From Calcarisporiella thermophila CBS 279.70 (Eukaryota > Fungi > Calcarisporiellomycota): DNA of 64,000 nucleotides. How positions within the stretch are numbered: position 1 is the stretch's first letter; the number at the start of each line of letters is the position of its first letter. The notes beneath the pieces are model-generated. The model did not search any database, was not told the DNA's origin, and worked only from the letters and a program-made list of their open reading frames with translations. Below are positions 62,317-64,000 of the stretch, one piece after another. A program made the translations under genes and the position numbers. The stretch is taken from NCBI RefSeq assembly GCF_041956535.1, contig NW_027192202.1, positions 583,474 through 647,473 of the forward strand, read 5' to 3'.

Positions 62317-63754
62317 TGTTATTTTTGTTATGATAAACGACGAGAATAATCCACCATCTTTCCTTGGTAACGCTGCTTTTATGTGAATTAACTCGGTACA
62401 TTTTGTTAACCGTGTTTTTTACTTTTTTGTTCACAATATGCCTTTGTTCCTCCTTTTGTTCGATATATCCGCAATTCCAATTGGACTGGGCCACCATGTC
62501 GGTTAAAAATCATGTCACGACACTCCGCCTCGCATCCAAGTGGATTGTAGTTTGCGATTGGCGGACCAAAGGAGAAGAGTGAGCTCATAGACATAGTCAT
62601 AGTCACGGTTCTCTGCTTTTGAATGATGGGGATGCAACGGTGCTACTTTTCTATTCTATAGAGTCTGATATCTTCCATATCTTTATCCATATGTCTCGAG
62701 TTAAGCTATGATCCCATCATTACACAAAACTAGAGTTTAAATGAGTGACTCTTTAAGTCGTAGTCCAATGGGCTTAGCTGCCCCTGTTGTTCATTATGAG
62801 GAAACCAGTCATTTTCCAAAATCACCAAGTAGATCCTCCCGCCCATAAAAGCCATTCTTTCCTTAGCTACGCCATCCACGAGGTAGAAGCTGTAAACTAC
62901 TCGAGAGTTTAATATAGGCTCAGCGTACCTTCTAAATGACTCTGCTAGTTTCGGCCGTATGGGCATTTCTTAGTAAAGAGAAGACCTGGTCTTAGCAATA
63001 TAGTTAAAACCGGACGCATAAGCCGAAGGAGAGGCAAAAAATAGGCGCCGGCTTTTCCATGACCACTAATAGGCCGAAAATGAAGGCTCGCCAATGGAAC
63101 TTGTTTATTCTCCCTCTATATTCATTTCTTGATTTTTTAACAACCTCTTATGATCCTTGATGAACGAGGGTGAAGAATCAAAGTCAATATTACGGAGCTT
63201 CCGTCTTCAGATCCTATCATTCAGGGTGACAATTCCTCTATTGATTAATTTTCTTCCAAAGTAAGTAGGAAACCCCCTCGGATATTTCTCATCTATCCGC
63301 ATTGGAATCCAACCAAGGGTCCCATTCATTGGGGCATGTCCATGTGTGTTTTTCGTTGACTAAAACGGACGGGAGAAGGCGGTGGAATTTCCATCGTTTC
63401 GAGTTGCGGAATTATTTTCCTGACACTTATATGGGAAGCAATAGAGGCAGGTGGAGCACTTTTTACACAATTGTGACCCGTTCGTTCGCGGGTCCTGAGG
63501 AATTGCTAATTTTATGATGGATTACCGGGGAAACAACAATTGATCTGTCAATAGCCCTAGAGCCAAAATATAAATAGCCTGTGGGTGTCCATGGCTCTGC
63601 CTTTTTTTTTTTTAATATCAAAAACTTCTTCGCATTTCTTCTACACCACCACTTGCATTTTAGAGCTGTGCTCACCCCTCCTTTTTTACATCTCTCCTTT
63701 TTGCATTACATCGCGCCGGCCGCGCATCATTGAACATATTTTGCATCTGCTATC

Positions 63755-64000
63755 ATGAAAACTGCCCCGCTTCTTGTCCTTTTTGTCGCTATTGCTGGCG
63801 TTCTTGCCAACCCCGTGCGACGGGAAACCTCCAAGTCCTCTGCTGCCAAGGCCCAAAAGAGTGAGGCCATCAACTCCTCGTCTGCACAATCGAGCAACAT
63901 CACTGCTCCTTCAGCCGCTGCTCAGCTCAAGAACGAGATGTTTGCGAAAATGAACGCAATGTTCGAGCAACAGACGGTGGCGTTCCGCCGTTCATTCCGC
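63755..64000 (+). CDS. 5' end of a secreted protein of unknown family (runs off the window)
   Basis: Not in the ORF track. MKTAPLLVLFVAIAGVLA|NPVRRETSKSSAAK...: classic signal peptide, RR dibasic site and Ser/Ala-rich segment; open to the window end. Confidence 0.8.
   Translation, partial: MKTAPLLVLFVAIAGVLANPVRRETSKSSAAKAQKSEAINSSSAQSSNITAPSAAAQLKNEMFAKMNAMFEQQTVAFRRSFR

Noticed and set aside
1-64000. Biosynthetic gene cluster, CRISPR array, intact transposon or horizontally acquired bacterial island
   Set aside because: No PKS, NRPS or terpene core, no repeat-spacer array, and no transposase or reverse transcriptase. The P450 is the housekeeping CYP51, and nearly all genes, including GH9, have normal spliceosomal introns.

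Overview
A gene-dense, intron-rich stretch of eukaryotic nuclear DNA from a fungus. An early-diverging lineage such as Mucoromycota is most likely (inference from short 50-110 nt introns, an EF-hand-bearing GUT2, an AGGF1-like gene, a GH9 and a CYP51 with LFGGQHTS). I could splice together about 30 protein-coding genes by hand. Most are housekeeping genes: TGL1-like lipase, TMEM97/EXPERA, Pcl cyclin, GUT2, RasGEF, two tandem PIN-like transporters, AGGF1-like, SIF2/TBL1, PAC3, CYP51, VMA8, DPS1, GPI18, TAF9, an F-box protein, DUF2470, Edc1/PNRC, DUF1749, AHA1, NUO51, CHMP7, a mini Zn2Cys6 factor, DUG1, CAT2, a GH9 glucanase, a PRXL2A-like redoxin and a truncated secreted protein. I found no tRNA, rRNA, CRISPR array or intact transposon, and no clearly coherent new multi-gene system. 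The best leads are: (1) a spliced 50-aa Cys/His microprotein gene in a long intergenic region; (2) two perfect intergenic palindromes, each 252 nt downstream of a stop codon; (3) a 6-nt microexon in AHA1; (4) a carnitine acetyltransferase with a duplicated N-terminal segment and an ATG-only first exon; (5) a GH9 and a membrane protein, both with polybasic extracellular tracts; (6) a DNA-binding-domain-only zinc-cluster protein. The 444-N gap appears to be a false gap. All exon boundaries were read by eye, and all family calls come from motif recognition, not database searches.
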